A stretch of 64,000 nucleotides of DNA from NCBI RefSeq assembly GCF_009914755.1, contig NC_060930.1; one strand, given 5' to 3'. Position numbers and translations under genes: made by a program. The notes beneath the pieces are model-generated. The model was not told where the DNA came from. It was given only the letters and a program-made list of their open reading frames with translations, and made no database searches. This stretch comes from the human T2T-CHM13v2.0 reference genome, Homo sapiens. Every line of letters starts with the position of its first letter. Within the stretch, counting starts at the first letter, position 1. This document shows, in pieces, positions 56,043-64,000 of the stretch.

Positions 56043-57358
56043 ATGGGGAGAAACCAGTGCAAAAGGCTGAAAATTCCAAAAACCAGAATGCCTCTTCTTC
56101 TCCAAAGGATCACAACTCCTTGCAGCAAGGGAACAAAACTGGATGAACAATGAGTTTGATGAATTGGAAGAAGTAGGCTTCAGAAGGTAGGTAATAACAA
56201 ACTCCTCTGAGCTAAAGGAGCATGTCCTAACACAATGCAAGGAAGCTAAGAACCTTAAAAACAGGTTAAACGAATTGCTAACTAGAATAACCAGTTTAGA
56301 GAAGAACATAAATGACCTGATGGAGCTGAAAAACACAGCAAGAAAACTTCATGAAGCATACACAAGTTGCAACAGCCAAATCGATCAAGCAGAAGAAAGG
56401 ATATCAGAGATTGAAGATCACAACTCCTTGCAGCAAGGGAACAAAACTGGATGAACAATGAGTTTGATGAATTGGAAGAAGTAGGCTTCAGAAGGTAGGT
56501 AATAACAAACTCCTCTGAGCTAAAGGAGCATGTCCTAACACAATGCAAGGAAGCTAAGAACCTTAAAAACAGGTTAAACGAATTGCTAACTAGAATAACC
56601 AGTTTAGAGAAGAACATAAATGACCTGATGGAGCTGAAAAACACAGCAAGAAAACTTCATGAAGCATACACAAGTTGCAACAGCCAAATCGATCAAGCAG
56701 AAGAAAGGATATCAGAGATTGAAGATCAACTCAATGAAATAAAGCAAGAAGACAAGATTAGAGAAAAAAGAGTGAAAAGAAATGAACAAAGTCTCCAAGA
56801 AATGTGGGACTATGTGAAAATACCAAATCTAGGTTTGATTGTTGTACCTGAAAATGATGGGGAGAATGGAACCAAATTGGAAAACACTCTGCAGGATATT
56901 ATCCAGGAGAACTTCCCCAACCTAACAAGGCGGATCAACATTCAAATTCAGGAAAAACAGAGAACACCACAAAGATACTCCTCGAGAAGAGCAAACCCAA
57001 GACACATAAGTGTCAGATTCACCAAGGTTGAAAAGAAGGCAAAAATGTTAAGGGCAGCCAGAGAGAAAGGTCGGGTTACCCACAAAAGGAAGCCCATCAG
57101 ACTAATGATGGATCTCTTGGCAGAAGAGGGTGGGGATCAATATTCAACATTCTTAAAGAAAAGAATTTTCAGTCGAGAATTTCATATCCAGCCAACCTAA
57201 GCTTCATAAGTGAAGGAGAAATAAAATTCATTACAGACAAGCAAATGCTGAGAGATTTTGTCACCACCAAGCTTGCCACACAAGAGCTCCTGAAGGAAGC
57301 ACTAAACATGGAAAGGAACAACCGGTACCAGCCACTGCAAAAACATACCAAATTGTGA
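56043..57358 (+). pseudogene. L1 ORF1p remnant containing a 308-bp tandem duplication
   Basis: RITSLEKNINDLMELKNTARKLHEA...RNEQSLQEMWDYVK...LQDIIQENFPNL; stops and frameshifts. Confidence 0.9.
56108..56728. repeat. Perfect 308-bp tandem duplication
   Basis: 56108-56415 matches 56416-56723 by eye; junction microhomology gatca. Confidence 0.95.
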
Positions 57359-57421
57359 AGACCACTGACGCTATGAAGAAACTGCATCAACTAATGGGCA
57401 AAATAACCAGCAAGAATCATA

Positions 57422-61410
<3,989 letters not shown>

Positions 61411-62189
61411 ATGAGAACACATGGATACAGAGAGGGGAATATCACACACCAGGGCTTGTCAGGGGGTGGGGGCCTCGGGGAGGAATAGCATTGGGAGAAA
61501 TATCTAAAGTTGATGGCGGGTTGATGGGTAGAGAAAAGCACCATGGCATGTGTATACCTATGTAACAAATCTGCTTGTTCTGTACATTACTCCAGAACTT
61601 AGATCATAATAAAAAAACACCCAGAATTCTCACTTTTTTCATTTCAAACATGTTGTCTTACATTTCTAAATATATCTTCAATATGTTACCTTTTATTCTA
61701 CCTCCATATTAGTATTACAATATTTAATTCTCTCTCTGGCATTTGATGGCTTTAGCTCTCATTCCTTTAAAGAAAGTTGAAGTCAGTGGATTATCCATAC
61801 TGTATAAGCAGTTTCCATATTAATAATCAGTAGTAGTTACACAAAGTTTAGACAGAGGGCATTCGATGTGATAATATAGACTGCTGTATACAATATTCCA
61901 GATTTACAACTCAACAATTTTAAATACAAACACATCACAATTTTTTAAAATCATGTATCTAATCATTTGATGCTATGAAAATACATGAAAGTATGAGAAG
62001 TTTTCATGTTTTTATCCTCTTGACATATTAGACACAATTACTTGAAGAATATCTAAATTATTGGTTAACCTGGTATTAAGGAACAATTTTTTTGGAGTTG
62101 AAATGCCTTTTCCAAACAAATTTTTATTTTTATTTATTTATTTTAAAACTTATTTTAAAATCTATTTTTGTATGTGTGTGATTTTTTAT

Positions 62190-62480
62190 TTAAAAAATTA
62201 TTATTTATTTTATAGACATATAGTAGGTATAGATATTTGTGGGGTATATGAGATATTTTGATACAGACTTACAATGTGTAATGATCACATTAGGGTAAAT
62301 GGGGTATCCAGCACCTCAAGCAATCATTATTTCTTTGTTCTATGAGCGTTCCAATTTTACTCCTTCAGTTAATCTAAAAGATACAACCAATTATTGCTGA
62401 CTTATAGTCACCCTGTTATACTATCAAATACTAGATCTTATTCATTGTATCTAATTATATTTTTGTGCGTATTAACCTTT
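62190..62480 (-). mobile_element. L1MA 3'-end fragment
   Basis: atagtaggtatagatatttgtggggtatatgagatattttgatacag...gggtaaatggggtatcc, antisense L1MA 3' UTR. Confidence 0.75.
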
Positions 62481-63065
62481 CTTTTTACTTTTGAATCAGT
62501 AAAGTCCTTTCTCTTTATATTGTTATTGCCACTTCTGTTTTTTAATGGTAGTCTTTGCTGTCTACTGTAACTGATTTAGCCCAATTTAAGTGACTTTTTA
62601 GATTAGTGTACTTTGAAAACCAATAAAGTTGGTTTGGAATCAATTAAGAAATAGTCAATTGGTATTACAAAAACAACTTCAATAGTTTCATCTTTATTGT
62701 AGATTTATTATTTATTTGTTTTTGAAATCTATCTTTTTAGCTACCTATCTTATTAATAATTAGGTAAAAGTTTTAGAAATGTAGAAAAAATGAGATTCTT
62801 AAATCTAGCAATACCAATTGATTAAATCAATGGTTTTCATCCTGTATTATCTGAGGAACCTACGTTTTCTGAAAGAACTTCGTTTAGCAGGAGGAGAACA
62901 ACTGTGAATAGGGCTTCTGCTCCCATGTTACTAAGGAACAATTTTACTTGTACATGCTCTCGATATTGGATTTCTGCATCAGATTTTTTTAAAACAAAGC
63001 TTCTATTGAAAAACTATATATTAAATTAGGCTAAACCTTTTATGAGAGAAAAATTTCTGAAGATA

Positions 63066-63206
63066 TGTGTGTGCATGTGTGTGTGTATGTGTGTGTATCT
63101 GTGTGTAAATACAGGCAATCTCAGATGGATGGATGGATGGATGGATGGACGGATGGATGGATGGATAGATAGACAGATAGATAGACAGACAGACAGGAAG
63201 ACAGAC
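63066..63206. repeat. Compound microsatellite (TG)n ... (GATG)n(GATA)n(GACA)n
   Basis: Directly visible runs. Confidence 0.92.
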
Positions 63207-63349
63207 ATTTCCCCTTAAATTACAGAGAATATTCCAGTTAAGCTGCCACAAGACCTTTCTTCCCTGCTGCTGCTGCTGTTGTGATGTATTCTTTTCTCAG
63301 TTTTCCTCATCATTGTGCCTCATCCCCACCTGGCACTCTTAATTTGCCT

Positions 63350-64000
63350 TGCAGTTCCAAGTTATTACTTGGTATCATTTTCCTGACACCTGAAGAGCTT
63401 CCTTTAACACATCTTATAATATAGTTCTAATTAAAGCACATTCCCTTAGGTTATTTTTTGGCCTAAAAATGTCATTAATTCATACTATTTTGAGTGACAT
63501 TTTTTGTTGGATTTGGAATTCTGTGTTGAAGGGTTTTTTTGTTTTTTAAAGTCAGCACTTAAAAGATATTGTTCCATTGTCTTCTGCTTTGCATTGTTTG
63601 AGATGAGAAGTCAGTGATAAATTTTTTATTAGGTTTTATTAAGATTATTAGATATATTGTTTGATATTTTTCTTCAAATCTGGACAATTTTGTTATTATT
63701 TCTTCAAACAGTTATTCTGTTCTTATTTATCTCTCCATCTTTTGGAACTCCAGTTACTTGAAATTTTTATCTGTTTAGGTCATTGAGTCTATGGGTTGTT
63801 GAATCTCTGCTCATTTTTTCCCCACCATTTTATATCTTTCTTTCAGCATAGTTTCTACTCCTGTCAAGTTTAATGGCCTTTTATTCTGCAGTGTGTAATA
63901 TATTGTTAAACAAACATAGTTGAGGTATTATATTTTTATCTTTAGATGTTCTACTTGTTTCACTTTATTAGTTGACTTTTTGTTATTTCTATACTAGATT
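63350..64000 (-). mobile_element. Old L1M fragment (ORF1 region, antisense)
   Basis: agcacttaaaagatattgttccattgtcttctgc...gatgagaagtcag; ttattatttcttcaaa; degenerate. Confidence 0.55.

Overview
Primate (catarrhine, probably human or great ape) AT-rich, repeat-dense intronic or intergenic DNA. I found no supportable host protein-coding exon: the ORF-track entries I could interpret are Alu, L1, THE1 or ERV remnants, low-complexity read-throughs, or short chance ORFs. The standout is a ~5.96 kb GAA/GCA triplet array (32959-38916) at the centre of a nested stack: Charlie1 DNA transposon > AluY > ~80-bp L1 3' stub > expanded tail, with both target-site duplications (TSDs) preserved. The array holds phase for ~5.5 kb, shows ~0.9-kb higher-order duplications and carries an ATG-led ~1300-codon poly-Glu/Ala ORF. 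Also present: a complete THE1 element with a 3x41-bp internal repeat; a deleted HERV-K(HML-5)-like provirus with a tRNA-Met PBS and LTRs that match in their 5' halves but not their 3' halves; a near full-length L1PA with two ~300-bp tandem duplications of different ages; an apparently internally primed tail-less L1 insertion; a close inverted Alu pair; and a ~100-bp hairpin. Subfamily labels are from recall of consensus sequences, not from a database search.
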